A stretch of DNA of 64,000 bases. Source: an uncultured Myxococcales bacterium. GTDB lineage: Bacteria > Myxococcota > B64-G9. The stretch is taken from NCBI GenBank assembly GCA_964513625.1, contig CAZENH010000032.1:1-64000 (forward strand), read 5' to 3'. This document shows, piece after piece, positions 1-10,422 of this stretch (the stretch's first letter is position 1; each line of letters begins with the position of its first letter). The position numbers and the translations under genes are program-made. The notes beneath the pieces were generated by a model. The model was given only the letters and a program-made list of their open reading frames with translations, searched no databases and had not been told where the DNA came from.

Positions 1-38
1 GCTCCTCCCTGCGGTCGTCGCTGCGAACCATCTAGAAA

Positions 39-112
39 CACGCCCGGAGGGGCTCGAACCCCCGGCCTGTGGATTCGAAGTCCACCGCTCTATCCAGCTG
101 AGCTACGGGCGT
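39..112 (-). tRNA. tRNA-Arg (anticodon TCG)
   Basis: The reverse complement folds as a canonical cloverleaf: ACGCCCG acceptor stem, GCTC D-stem, anticodon loop CTTCGAA (anticodon TCG), TTCGAGC T-loop. The first acceptor pair A1:T72 is atypical. Confidence 0.75.
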
Positions 113-247
113 ACAATTGTTACTCAGTCCAGCTGCACCAGACCGACAGCATGCGGGTCCTGCTTCGCAGGCCCTCGCAGCTGTTGCGGTCTGGCACCGT
201 TCCTCCCTCGCTCCGCTCGGTCGTCACGGAGCTACGGGCGTATGCTA

Positions 248-320
248 TGGGTCGTAAAGGATTCGAACCTTTGGCCCGCGGATTAAGAGTCCGCTGCTCT
301 ACCAACTGAGCTAACGACCC
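248..320 (-). tRNA. tRNA-Lys (anticodon CTT)
   Basis: The reverse complement reads GGGTCGTTAGCTCAGTTGGTAGAGCAGCGGACTCTTAATCCGC...GGTTCGAATCC...ACGACCCA. The anticodon loop is CTCTTAA and the T-loop is canonical. Confidence 0.85.
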
Positions 321-326
321 GACAAG

Positions 327-400
327 GGTGAGTGATGGGGCTTGAACCCACAACATCTGGAACCACAATCCAGCGCTCTACCAATTGAGCTACACCCACC
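327..400 (-). tRNA. tRNA-His (anticodon GTG), with encoded G-1
   Basis: The reverse complement reads GGTGGGTGTAGCTCAATTGGTAGAGCGCTGGATTGTGGTTCCAG...GGGTTCAAGCCCC...CACTCACC. The anticodon loop is TTGTGGT, and an extra 5' G is typical of tRNA-His. Confidence 0.85.
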
Positions 401-560
401 GCGCCATTACAAGCTGAATTGCCTACCAGACGGGAACTTGTTTGTCAACACTCGCTGCCGGCGTTGCGGACCGGTATTTTTGTGCCAGATAAAAGAGTTT
501 TTGACATCGGTGGCAGTGATCATAAGATATTCTTAGTTCCCAGAGAACTGGAGGATAGCG

Positions 561-2645
561 ATGAGAAGACATGCGATGACGATGATGCTTGCCTTGCTGG
601 TATGCCTGCCGGCCTCGGCCGAGGATCCCGAAAAGAAACCCGCCTCCATGGAAGAGGCCGACGCAGCCATCGAGAAGGCCATGGCCGCGACCGACGAGAC
701 CGGAACGGAAAGCAAAGAAAAGAAAGCACCCGAAGCAGTAAGCGAGACCGGGGCGAAAGAAGCCGAATCAAAATTGCGATTCAACTCGGCCGCTCCCGGC
801 GGTGAGAGCGGTTTATTCAGGGTCATGCGGGCCGCCTCCGCCAAGGTCTGGACCGTGCGTCTGGCGATTCACGGCGGGTTTTTTACCTCGTCCGGCTCCG
901 GGGGTTTTCTCAACTACAACGACTGGGCCGACTACTCGGAGTCACGGGTTGCAGGCCGCTTTTCGATCGCCTGGACGCCACTGCCTTTTCTCGAGGCATT
1001 CGCCTCGCTGCGCTCCAGCTCTAACAAGAATTCTGTCACTCGCCCGGAACTGCTGCAAACCCAGGGAGATTTCGAACTGGGTGCCAAGGGCTTCTATCAG
1101 GTTTTGCCCTGCCTGGGACTGGGAGCCGACCTGGCGGTTGACTTCGTCAACGGCATCGGCGGTGTGACCCCGGATTTCGGCGGCACCAGCCTGCGCACCA
1201 ACGCGCTGGTCTCGTTCGACGCCCGCGGTCTTTCGCCCGATGTTCCGCTGCGAGCCAGCCTGAACGCCGGTTTCATCATGGAAAATACCTCCACGCTCGA
1301 GGGTAACCGCGATCTCAACTACATCGAGATGTACGCCTTGCGGCTCAACAAGTATCACAGGGTCAACCTGGGTTTCGGCCTGGATGCGCCGTTGCCGTAT
1401 GCCGATCCAGTGGCCATCACGCCCTTCATAGAGTACAACGTGCAGTTGCCCATCGGCGTCTCCGATGCCGATCTGGCAAGCGGCTCGCTCGACGAACAGA
1501 CCGAATACTCCAACGTGATACCGATGTACCTGACCCCGGGTGTTCGGGTGACCTACCTCGACGTCATCACTCTCGACTTCGCGGTCGATATCGGCATCGG
1601 CGGCACCAAGGCTTACCTGGAAGGTGTGCCCTCGACGCCGCCCTACATGGTATGGCTGGGACTGACGTACTCTTTCGATCCGTCCAAGCGTGGTGAAGAG
1701 AAGATCGTTGAGAAAATCGTAGAGAAGGAGAAGGTCGTCGAGAAACAGGTTGTCGCCCCGGTCACCACCGGCAGGGTAAAGGGCCGGGTCATAAACGTCG
1801 TGAACCAGCAGCCGATTCCGGCTGCGATCGTCTCCTTCGATGGAAGCGATATCACGCCCGTGGCCTCTGACGCGCTGGAGGGCAAGTACGAGACCTATGA
1901 TCTTACGGCAGGCAAGGTCAAGCTGACGGCCTCGCGCGACGGCTACAAACCGATGACCCAGGAGGCCGAAGTCAAGGCGGGCGAGGTTACTCTACTGGAC
2001 TTCGCGCTCGAGCCCGAGGTGAAAAAGGGCACTCTCTCGGGTAGCGTGCGAAACGAGAAGGACAAGCCACTGGCCGCGAGCATAGACATCATCGGGCCGG
2101 CCGAGCTTCATATTCAGACCAGCGCGGACAGCGGGGAATTCTCGAGCCAGGTACCCGAGGGGACTTACGAGGTCAAGGTTTCGGCGGAGGGGTACCTGTC
2201 CAAGGGTCGCCGATTCAAGATAGAGAAAGACAAGACCGTGGCGGCCGAGTTCAAGTTGACCCCGGCCCCCAAGATACGTGTCGTTATCGTCCAGAAGGAC
2301 AAGATCGTGGTCAAGAAGAAGATTCACTTCGAATCCGGCCGGGCGACGATCCGGGTGGACAGCCTGTCGATCCTGGACGGAGTGGTGGACGTTTTAGTAA
2401 ACAATATGCAGATCAAAAAGGTGCGCATCGAGGGGCACACCGACAGCATGGGTTCCAACAGCAGCAACATGATCTTGAGCCAGAAGAGGGCCGATGCGGT
2501 TCGTAGCTATCTCCTGGAGCAGGGCATTTCCCCGGAGCGGCTCGAGTCCAAGGGTTACGGCGAGGAGAAGCCGATTGCACCCAATAACACCCGCCGCGGC
2601 CGCGCCCAGAACCGGCGCGTCGAGTTCATCATTGTCCAGCAATGA
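561..2645 (+). CDS. OmpA-family outer-membrane protein with N-terminal beta-barrel-like region and carboxypeptidase-regulatory-like repeats
   Basis: Signal peptide MRRHAMTMMLALLVCLPASA. The C-terminal 110 aa is a classic OmpA_C peptidoglycan-binding domain (HTDSMGSNSSNMILSQKRADAVRSYL...NRRVEFIIV). The middle holds three CarbopepD_reg-like modules and a KIVEKIVEKEK low-complexity linker. The start codon is preceded by GGAGGA. Confidence 0.85.
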   Translation: MRRHAMTMMLALLVCLPASAEDPEKKPASMEEADAAIEKAMAATDETGTESKEKKAPEAVSETGAKEAESKLRFNSAAPGGESGLFRVMRAASAKVWTVRLAIHGGFFTSSGSGGFLNYNDWADYSESRVAGRFSIAWTPLPFLEAFASLRSSSNKNSVTRPELLQTQGDFELGAKGFYQVLPCLGLGADLAVDFVNGIGGVTPDFGGTSLRTNALVSFDARGLSPDVPLRASLNAGFIMENTSTLEGNRDLNYIEMYALRLNKYHRVNLGFGLDAPLPYADPVAITPFIEYNVQLPIGVSDADLASGSLDEQTEYSNVIPMYLTPGVRVTYLDVITLDFAVDIGIGGTKAYLEGVPSTPPYMVWLGLTYSFDPSKRGEEKIVEKIVEKEKVVEKQVVAPVTTGRVKGRVINVVNQQPIPAAIVSFDGSDITPVASDALEGKYETYDLTAGKVKLTASRDGYKPMTQEAEVKAGEVTLLDFALEPEVKKGTLSGSVRNEKDKPLAASIDIIGPAELHIQTSADSGEFSSQVPEGTYEVKVSAEGYLSKGRRFKIEKDKTVAAEFKLTPAPKIRVVIVQKDKIVVKKKIHFESGRATIRVDSLSILDGVVDVLVNNMQIKKVRIEGHTDSMGSNSSNMILSQKRADAVRSYLLEQGISPERLESKGYGEEKPIAPNNTRRGRAQNRRVEFIIVQQ

Positions 2646-2661
2646 CAGATAGTGCCGGTTG

Positions 2662-5600
2662 CTATTTGGCCTGCTGAACCGACATGCCGTTTACCTGCTG
2701 CTGGAAGAAGTTCTTGGCCTCGGCCTTGCCCGCCGGTTTGCGGTTCATCTGATACTGCGCCTCGGGCTGCATAAGCTCGCCGTTGATCGTATCGTCCTCG
2801 AAATCGTAGGTGGTTTTCTTGCGATATCTGACGCTCTTGTCCGGCGTAGGCCGCGGCTCCGGAGGCTGACCCTCGAGGTTCTCGGTGCCGCGATAAAGTC
2901 CGAATGCTCCGGCCTGCCTGGCAATCACCGTTACGGCCCCGTTTATTCCTGAGGCAATGAAAATGCCCCTGAGATCCGTCTGGCCGACGATGAAGCGCTC
3001 ATCCTGCGACCCTTTCAGTTGGACACGGGCTCCCGGCAGGGGCCTGCCGCGGGCGGTGCGCACTGTCACCCGCACCCGTCCCTGATCGGCTATCTCGGTC
3101 ACATCCAAAGACAGCCCTCCTAGCAGCACCAGACTGTGGACGGAGTGCGAACCCGCGTGAAGCAGCAGCAGATAGGCGCCCTTGCCCGGCAGGCGCAGAG
3201 GCTCCTTTTCTTCATGCGTGATCCCAACTCTTTTCCGCAGGCGCAAGGTAGTGGCCAAGACCGGCTTGATGCCTGCCAGATTGACTGCGGACAGATCGCT
3301 GAGAGATCCCTTGACCAGGTATAGGTTCATCGGATCGACCCGGTAGGCTCGCAAGTTGATGCGCTCCAGGTTTCTGACCGTCATGGTCAATGTCGGCCGT
3401 TCCCCTGGTGAGACCGTGATTACTTCGGGCACCGCAAGCAACGTCTTTTGTGATTCCTGGACGGTCTCCTCGGCGTCGCGAAAGCTGTCTTGCACCATTT
3501 TGTAAAGAGGCAGGGCGCGTTCCAGCTCACCACGAGCATGGTAAATCTGGGCCATGATGTAGCGCGCCATGTCCTGGTTTTCCTGGTTGGGAGATTCGTC
3601 GACCACCTGTCGGCAGAGCTTCAACGATGAGCCGTACTGTCCAAGCTTGAAGTGCGCGAACGCCTCCAGGTAGGCGATTGCCGGTGAGAGGTCTGTCTCG
3701 GGAAAGCGGTGTAGTCCAGCCTGGCACCAGTCGATCGCTTGTCCCGGGCGCCCGCGCTCGAGCAGTGCGGAGGCCAGTGAGTAAACCGCGGCCGGCGCCT
3801 GGGGATCGGCGGGGAACAGGCCCAGGTAGCGCGACATCAATTCGACGACCTGGTCGATCAGCCCGGGCCTGTCGAAGCCGGATAGAGGCTCTCCCGAGCG
3901 CAGGCGATCCGCCCGATCGAACAAGACCTGACTGAAGGCATAGGTCGCCCTGGCAGCCGGTTCGGAGTCGGGATAAGAGTCGAGTTGATCGCGCAGCAAG
4001 TCTATGGCCTCCGCTATCTCGTCCTGCGTCTCGAGTATGCCGACGCCGTGCACCTCGGACATGAAACGCGCATCACAGACTCCTCGGTCCAGGTGCAGGC
4101 CCGCCTCGTGGGATCCGACCTCTCGATAGGCCGCCTGCAACGGCCCGATCTTGTCGAAGGGAATGACCAGATCGGGATTCTTCTCTTTGGCCAGCTCGAA
4201 GTATTTTACGATGCGTTGCGAGTCTTTGAGCTCGATCGAGGCGAAAAGTAACCTGGCCTGCACATCGCGGGCGACATTTTCCCGCAGCTTGAATTTCTCA
4301 TAGAGTTGCTCGAGTTTTTCGATCACCATATCCGGCAGCTTTTCATCGGCAGCCGCCAGGCCCAGATGATATAGCTCGTCGGGAGTCGTGCGCTTGTCCG
4401 GCTCTTTAGCGCCCGGAGGATCGATTGAGAACTCGCGCCCTGGAGAAAGAACACTAGTTCCCGGGTTAATCACCGAGATCAGTCGAGCCGGTGCGAAACT
4501 ATAACTGCCGGGGTTTGTAGCCTGCAGAATATAGCTTATGGTCTGGATGTAACCCGGGCTGGACAGGTAAAAGGCCAGCCGGCGTCCGGCTCGTGCCATG
4601 TGAGCCAGGCTGCCGCCCTGCGAACCCTCCACCATTTCGAAGCCTGGCGGGATGCGCTCGCTAAGGACGCAGTGATCCAGTCGCGAGGCGAAGTTGCGTT
4701 TTATTTTCAGCGTGACCCGTACTCTCCTGCCGGCCGGTATGCGTTCGATCTCGTTGGTCCAGACTGAGCCGCTGGAGACCACGCTGAAACCACCTGCGAT
4801 CTCGTGTCCACGGAATGATTGCGGCAGCGCCTCCACGTGGCGCTCGAGTGTGACCGCAGTCTGCTCGGCAGGAGGTTTGGCCTCGGCCCGATAGCCCGAT
4901 AGAGTTGCCAAAAAGAAGCAACTGCCGGATCCCTCGAGGTGCAGTTCGAGCTTGTTGTCTCCAGTCCGCAGCAGGTGCGGATCGATCGCCAGCGATTTGC
5001 CGTAACCGCCGTCGGCCGACGGGAAAGAGAGCGTTGTGGCCTTGCTGCCGTTGAGAGAGACAGTGACTCTAAAGCGCTCGTTTTGCTTGGGAGCCGCAAG
5101 TAGTTTTCCGACTGCCGCCGTTACGGCCTCGGCCTGGTCCGGAAACAACCAGCCGAAAGCCGTGCCGCCGTCTAAAAGCCATCTCGTACCCCGTTCGACC
5201 AGAGGATCTGAGGGTGTAACCTGCGCAAGCAGTTCGAGCGCGCGGGCACGCTCGCAGGTCGGGTCGCTCCAGCGCCGTTGCCACGAGAAAATGATTTTTC
5301 CGGATGCCGCCTGGTTGAGAGCGCTGCGCACCTGCTTGCCTAACTCAGCGGCCTTTTCGGGCCGCTCGAGCAGGTTCCAGGTCAAACCCAGCATTGCCTT
5401 GGCGCCCAATGGAAGATTGTCGCGCAGGCGGTGCATCCGTTGTAAGTGTACCTGTGGAATCTGGGCCTGGCCCTCGTGCGCTAAAGCGTAGATCACCTCT
5501 ACCCGCCGCACGAAATCGTCGGGCGGCAGAGAGACCAGATAGCCCTTCAGCACTTCCAGTGCTTTCTGGTAGCCGGCCTGGGGAAAGTTCCAGCCCAGGG

Positions 5601-8600
5601 CGCCTTCGATCTTCCGTGCCCTGGCCAGCGCCCGCATGGCCCGGGCCGTCATAACCGGGTCACTCTCGCTCATTTGCCGGTTCAGTGCCCAGCCACCGTC
5701 GGATCTCTGGGTGATTACCAGATGTCTAAGCGCGCGTCTGAGGCGGGCCATTACCATGTCGCGCATAGTGGCATCGGAACTGGGCCCGATCTGATCGAGG
5801 ATATTCAAGGCAACCAGGGCTTCCTCCGGCCGATCGCCGAACAGGAGCGGATCGAGTTCACCCGCCAGGATGATGCGGCTCAGGCGAGCGTCCAGGCGCA
5901 GATCGAGGCGGGCCGAAGACAGGCCCTCGTCAAGCTTCATGGTGCGGCCGGCGCTCTTGGTGAGAAGTCCAGAGGCCAGCACCTGCTCGCGCACGCCGCG
6001 AGGCACGACAGGCAATTCGCGAACTAAATGGTCCGACAGATCGGCGGCGGCGGCCGAAAGCTCAAAGCGCATTTTTCCAGACGAGTTTTTTGGAACGGAC
6101 ACAGACTTGAAAAACACCTCGGCGTTCCCGAGCGAATTGACGGTTAGCACCTTTGAAAATGTTTTTCCGGCGACGGCGAGTTTGACGGTCGCTTCGAGTT
6201 TAACGCGGCTGTCGTTGTACACTCTTGCCGCGGGTTGCAAGCTATCACCTTCTTCCAGCGCTGGAGGCGCGATCAACTCAACCCAGAACGGCCGGCTGGC
6301 CACCAACTGGGTGCGATCCTCACCGAGCTGAGTGTCGCGAGTGACTCCGCGAGTGGTAATTCGCCAGCTGGTCAGGGTGTCGGGCAACCTGAAGGTCACG
6401 TTGGCCACGCCGTCCGGGCCTGTGCGCAGATCGGGAAAGAAAGCCGCTGTTTGGCTGAAATACTTTCGTAGAGCCCCTGCGCCCAGTGCAATGGCTTTGC
6501 CCATGCGCATGTAGGCCTTGCCGCCTGCGCCCCGGCCGTATCCCGCGGCTCCCAGTCCGCCAGCGCCCATACCGTAGCCAACCAAGCCCCCCTGAAGGCT
6601 TTCCGTCTTGGCCATCTTGGAAAAATCGGCGGTGGCTTTTTCGGTCATCTTGCGCCTGCGCGCTCCCAGGGCGGCCATGGCGGCCGAGCCCTCGGTTTCT
6701 TCGACCTCGGCTTTCTCGACCTCGGATGCTTCGACTTCCGGAAATCGGTACCTGTTCGACGAGACGGTCTCAATATCTCCTTCGGGGCGCAATTGCTGGA
6801 AGGTCTCCACCAGGTCTGGCAGGCCCTCCGGGAACACTTTATAAAGGGATTCATCGACGACGGCCACTATCAGGCGCGCATCGATCGGGTGCCCATCGGC
6901 GTCGCGGGCTATCAATGTAAGATTGACTTTGTCTCCCGGACTATAACGCTTGCGATCCGGTCGTACCGTCAAGACCAGCTTGCGCGTCACGCGTACGGAT
7001 CGCGAGACGCTGTAGAGACGATCCTTGTGCATAGCCGAGGCCGAAAGCTGGAAGTTGGGCACCAGCTTCAAAGACAGCGGGATCTCAATCTTGTTCTCAC
7101 CGCGCTTTAGCCTGACGGTGCGGTAGTCGATTATCTGATCAGTTTCGCAAGTCAACAGGACCAGTGCCCGGTCCATGTGGCTGCGGATTGACAGCTTGGC
7201 CGGTGTGCCCATGGTCAGTTCAGTTCGCTCCAGGTCGAGGAAGAATCCCGGCTCGTCCTCCCCGACGGTGTTTACGCCCAGTTCGGCCGTAATTGGATGG
7301 CCGGCCCTGTCATTACCGAAGACCCTTACTATGTGGACTCCCTTGCCGGGAAGGCTGACGGGCAGACGCAGCTTTCCAGACGGCGGCACTTCTATCTTGC
7401 GCTCGAGCACACGCACCTCGGCGTTGGTGCCGGGAAGTCTCTTGACGGCCCGCAAGTTGAGGCTGGCAGTGCTCGGCGAACCGTCCGGGGCGCTTACCGA
7501 GATTCGCAGGTCGAAGGGCTGACCGGCGAAAATCGTCTTCTGCTCGGTCTCGATCGAAATTTTGTAGCCCTCCGCCGCCACCAGGGCGGTTGCCTCTTGC
7601 TGCAGATTGAGGCGCCGCAACTTGATCTGCAGGACGGCCTTGTGGGTCTGTTCCATGGTTCGGGTGGGGAAGGAGAAGCGCACCTGTCCGTTCTCGTCGC
7701 AGGTCGCCTGGAGCCAGACCTGCGCATCATCCAGGCGATAGGTGATTTTCTCGAACGCCGCCGGAGCACCGCTGCGGTGGCGCACGCGAATGACCCCCGC
7801 AAGCGGTTCGCCACGAAAGACCACCGGCCGATCGAAGGAAACCGACAGATCGTAGGCGGGCAGACGGTAGTGCTGTACCCGGAAACTGCCGCCGAAACTG
7901 ACACCTCCGTGAGCGCGCACGCTGATGCCGTAGCGCCCTGGTGCGATGGCCGGATCGAGAGTGATCTTCTTGTGAAACACACCGAATTCATCCAGCTTGG
8001 CCGTCTCCGTGAGCCTGACTTGCGATAGTTGGACCTCGATATGGACACTGTCACCCGGCTGGTATGCGGGCTTTCCCTGTTGGTTCGGGCGATCACGCAC
8101 GATGCCTGCTATCGAGATCTCATCTCCCGGTCGGTAGGCGGGCCTGTCAGTGAAGACGAAGGCGCGCGGGGAGGCGGCCGTTTGAGGTTGCCCGCCCTGG
8201 TAGTCGATGCCTGTCCATGCCAAATGGCCGCCGCGGATCGCAAGCGCACTCAGGCCTTCGTCGGATTCACTCTCGGGCAGGTTGTGTTGCCAGACGCCGT
8301 CTTTGCCGGTCTTGCCCTCGGCGACGATCCTTTTTCCATCGGCGACGATGATGCGCACGTCTCCCAAGGGACGTGTTTTCTTCATGTCCTGGCTGAAAAC
8401 GAAAATCTTGCCCGGGCCGCTTTTTATGATCATACCCAGGTCGGAGACCACAACGGCGGTAGTGGCTTCTAACTTGCCGGCTGTCAGATGTGCCAGGTAG
8501 AGACCGGGTGAAGTGATCTTCAGAGGTACTTTCTGAGTGATGCGTATGTGCTTGCGATAATCGGTCACCGGCACATCGAAGGTTGTGTCGGGAGCGCACA

Positions 8601-10245
8601 GGGCGATGTCCATGTCCACGACGGACTCCATCTGCATCCGGTCTCTGAAAAAATCCTCGGCCTCGATGTGATAGATGTTTACCTTGACCGACTCGATGTT
8701 GCGCGCGTGCCAGGTTAAGGTCGGTCTGTCGCCGGTTTGAAACACCGGCGGGGATTCGACAACCAGTCCCGGTTCGTCCAGAGCGGCCAGCCTGGACGAA
8801 GCCTGAGCGCTGCCGCCGGGACTCTGCGTGGCCTTCTTGTAGGCCTCGCGCGCCTTGAGAATGTCGGCGCGCTTTTCCTCGAGCAACAGTCCGGTTCGGT
8901 ACCAACCTTCTGCGGCGCTTCTGTCGCCGGGAAACTTGGTGGTCAACGTCGTAAGCAAGGCCAATGCGCCTGCTACGTCGTCCAACTCGGCCTTGGCCAT
9001 GGCCTGGTTGAGTAATGCCAGCGGAGTGCGCGTGGCAGCCGGGTAGGCTGCGGCGAAGGCGCCGAAGCCTTCGACGGCCTGCTTCCACTTCTTTTGTTTG
9101 AAGGCCTCGTCTGCCCGGCTGAAAGCCATGTTCTCGATTCCCTGGCGAGCCTGCAACCAGAAGCCGTGCGCGGGGTGCTTTTGCAGGTAGTCACGAAAGG
9201 CGCCGGCGGCCTCCCGGTAGCGTTTCTGGGCGGCCAGGGCTTCACCAAGATGGTATCGAGCACTGGCAAGGTTATCGGCCGGGCCGCCTTTGGCGATGTA
9301 ACTTTTTAGTGCTTGTTCGGCCTCCGCTTGCCGGTGTGCGTTGAGAGGCGCCAACGCCTCTTCCAGGCGTGCTTGTTGATAATGCTCGTCCTTGGGCCAA
9401 CTGAGGATGTAGTTCCCGAGCGTGTACAGGCCCCAACTGAGGTCGTGGGCGTCTTTCGGTTTCGGCATGCCAAAGGTGCGCGAAAGCAGGAAGGCGGCTT
9501 TAGGCGCATAGGCTGCTTTGGGATGCAGAACCAGAAGATCGGTGAATGCCCGCCGAGCCTCATCGGGTCTGCCTCCGTCCAAAAAAGCCTTGCCTGACAG
9601 ATAGCGCGCCTCGGCCAGCCGGGGGGATTTATCGTGTTCCGAGCAGAAGGATTCCAGGTAGCGAGCCGCTTCGAGATGCCGTTTCTGGGCAGCCAGGCTG
9701 CGGCCTATCTTGATCTTTATTTGCTCCGCTAGTTCGCCCGTGGCACCGACCTCGATAGCGGCGCGAAAGAACTGCTCGGCTCGGGCAGGATCGGCGGCAC
9801 GGCCTTCGGGTGGTTCGAGGTTCTCATCCCCCAGTTGCGCGAAGCGCCCGGCTATGGCGCGGCGGCGAGCCTCTGATGTCAGCCCGGTCAGTCCCTCGGC
9901 AAACAGTCGCTCGGCCTGCTCGAATTGCTTCGCGGCGGCCAGACATTCTGCCATGCCGAACTTGGCCTTGTGCGCGTATGGCGAGCCCTTTCGCGCTTTT
10001 TCGAGTACCGCCTCGTAGGCTTTTCGGGCCTGTGCGTAGTGCCCGGCCAGGAAAAGAGCCCGTCCCCTGGCGAGCCCGGCAAGATATACATCCGGCCTGG
10101 AAACCGGTATTCCCGCGAGTCGCGAGGCCGCGCTGAGATAGTCGCCCCGTGCCATGGACCGAAGAGCGTCCTGAAAGGAGCTTCCCCATGCGAGGGGCGC
10201 GAAAAACAACGTGGCGGACACGATTGCACTTGCGATTCTTGGCAT
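2662..10245 (-). CDS. Giant alpha-2-macroglobulin-family protein (2527 aa) with N- and C-terminal TPR modules; no thioester motif seen
   Basis: N-terminal signal peptide and about 450 aa of TPR-like repeats. Multiple MG-type beta-sandwich segments follow, then a TED-like alpha/alpha-toroid region (ILDQIGPSSDATMRDMVMARLRRALRHLVITQRSDGGWALNR...). No CxEQ thioester motif was found. The C-terminus adds a TPR stretch and a CarbopepD_reg-like domain. Confidence 0.8.
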   Translation of the reverse strand: MPRIASAIVSATLFFAPLAWGSSFQDALRSMARGDYLSAASRLAGIPVSRPDVYLAGLARGRALFLAGHYAQARKAYEAVLEKARKGSPYAHKAKFGMAECLAAAKQFEQAERLFAEGLTGLTSEARRRAIAGRFAQLGDENLEPPEGRAADPARAEQFFRAAIEVGATGELAEQIKIKIGRSLAAQKRHLEAARYLESFCSEHDKSPRLAEARYLSGKAFLDGGRPDEARRAFTDLLVLHPKAAYAPKAAFLLSRTFGMPKPKDAHDLSWGLYTLGNYILSWPKDEHYQQARLEEALAPLNAHRQAEAEQALKSYIAKGGPADNLASARYHLGEALAAQKRYREAAGAFRDYLQKHPAHGFWLQARQGIENMAFSRADEAFKQKKWKQAVEGFGAFAAAYPAATRTPLALLNQAMAKAELDDVAGALALLTTLTTKFPGDRSAAEGWYRTGLLLEEKRADILKAREAYKKATQSPGGSAQASSRLAALDEPGLVVESPPVFQTGDRPTLTWHARNIESVKVNIYHIEAEDFFRDRMQMESVVDMDIALCAPDTTFDVPVTDYRKHIRITQKVPLKITSPGLYLAHLTAGKLEATTAVVVSDLGMIIKSGPGKIFVFSQDMKKTRPLGDVRIIVADGKRIVAEGKTGKDGVWQHNLPESESDEGLSALAIRGGHLAWTGIDYQGGQPQTAASPRAFVFTDRPAYRPGDEISIAGIVRDRPNQQGKPAYQPGDSVHIEVQLSQVRLTETAKLDEFGVFHKKITLDPAIAPGRYGISVRAHGGVSFGGSFRVQHYRLPAYDLSVSFDRPVVFRGEPLAGVIRVRHRSGAPAAFEKITYRLDDAQVWLQATCDENGQVRFSFPTRTMEQTHKAVLQIKLRRLNLQQEATALVAAEGYKISIETEQKTIFAGQPFDLRISVSAPDGSPSTASLNLRAVKRLPGTNAEVRVLERKIEVPPSGKLRLPVSLPGKGVHIVRVFGNDRAGHPITAELGVNTVGEDEPGFFLDLERTELTMGTPAKLSIRSHMDRALVLLTCETDQIIDYRTVRLKRGENKIEIPLSLKLVPNFQLSASAMHKDRLYSVSRSVRVTRKLVLTVRPDRKRYSPGDKVNLTLIARDADGHPIDARLIVAVVDESLYKVFPEGLPDLVETFQQLRPEGDIETVSSNRYRFPEVEASEVEKAEVEETEGSAAMAALGARRRKMTEKATADFSKMAKTESLQGGLVGYGMGAGGLGAAGYGRGAGGKAYMRMGKAIALGAGALRKYFSQTAAFFPDLRTGPDGVANVTFRLPDTLTSWRITTRGVTRDTQLGEDRTQLVASRPFWVELIAPPALEEGDSLQPAARVYNDSRVKLEATVKLAVAGKTFSKVLTVNSLGNAEVFFKSVSVPKNSSGKMRFELSAAAADLSDHLVRELPVVPRGVREQVLASGLLTKSAGRTMKLDEGLSSARLDLRLDARLSRIILAGELDPLLFGDRPEEALVALNILDQIGPSSDATMRDMVMARLRRALRHLVITQRSDGGWALNRQMSESDPVMTARAMRALARARKIEGALGWNFPQAGYQKALEVLKGYLVSLPPDDFVRRVEVIYALAHEGQAQIPQVHLQRMHRLRDNLPLGAKAMLGLTWNLLERPEKAAELGKQVRSALNQAASGKIIFSWQRRWSDPTCERARALELLAQVTPSDPLVERGTRWLLDGGTAFGWLFPDQAEAVTAAVGKLLAAPKQNERFRVTVSLNGSKATTLSFPSADGGYGKSLAIDPHLLRTGDNKLELHLEGSGSCFFLATLSGYRAEAKPPAEQTAVTLERHVEALPQSFRGHEIAGGFSVVSSGSVWTNEIERIPAGRRVRVTLKIKRNFASRLDHCVLSERIPPGFEMVEGSQGGSLAHMARAGRRLAFYLSSPGYIQTISYILQATNPGSYSFAPARLISVINPGTSVLSPGREFSIDPPGAKEPDKRTTPDELYHLGLAAADEKLPDMVIEKLEQLYEKFKLRENVARDVQARLLFASIELKDSQRIVKYFELAKEKNPDLVIPFDKIGPLQAAYREVGSHEAGLHLDRGVCDARFMSEVHGVGILETQDEIAEAIDLLRDQLDSYPDSEPAARATYAFSQVLFDRADRLRSGEPLSGFDRPGLIDQVVELMSRYLGLFPADPQAPAAVYSLASALLERGRPGQAIDWCQAGLHRFPETDLSPAIAYLEAFAHFKLGQYGSSLKLCRQVVDESPNQENQDMARYIMAQIYHARGELERALPLYKMVQDSFRDAEETVQESQKTLLAVPEVITVSPGERPTLTMTVRNLERINLRAYRVDPMNLYLVKGSLSDLSAVNLAGIKPVLATTLRLRKRVGITHEEKEPLRLPGKGAYLLLLHAGSHSVHSLVLLGGLSLDVTEIADQGRVRVTVRTARGRPLPGARVQLKGSQDERFIVGQTDLRGIFIASGINGAVTVIARQAGAFGLYRGTENLEGQPPEPRPTPDKSVRYRKKTTYDFEDDTINGELMQPEAQYQMNRKPAGKAEAKNFFQQQVNGMSVQQAK

Positions 10246-10422
10246 CTCGACTCTCCTTATGGTCGCGGTATGGCTATTATACGGACCAAACCGCGGACAT
10301 CACGAGTTGTTTCTTGTTTTACGCATGGTGCTTGTGACAACACCCGGCAAGCTCGGTTCTCGCGACAGCCTGCAGTCTTGAAAAAATATATGCTATTGTT
10401 GCAGACGCCGTGGGTGATATAG

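Noticed and set aside
120-368. 82-aa minus-strand ORF at the left edge
   Set aside because: It lies entirely across the tRNA-Lys/tRNA-His genes and the spacer, so it is not protein-coding.
3136-9597. Numerous 60-270-aa ORFs on both strands overlapping the 2527-aa A2M-like gene
   Set aside because: These are typical high-GC spurious ORFs. The 7.6-kb minus-strand frame has continuous domain content (TPR, MG, TED-like).
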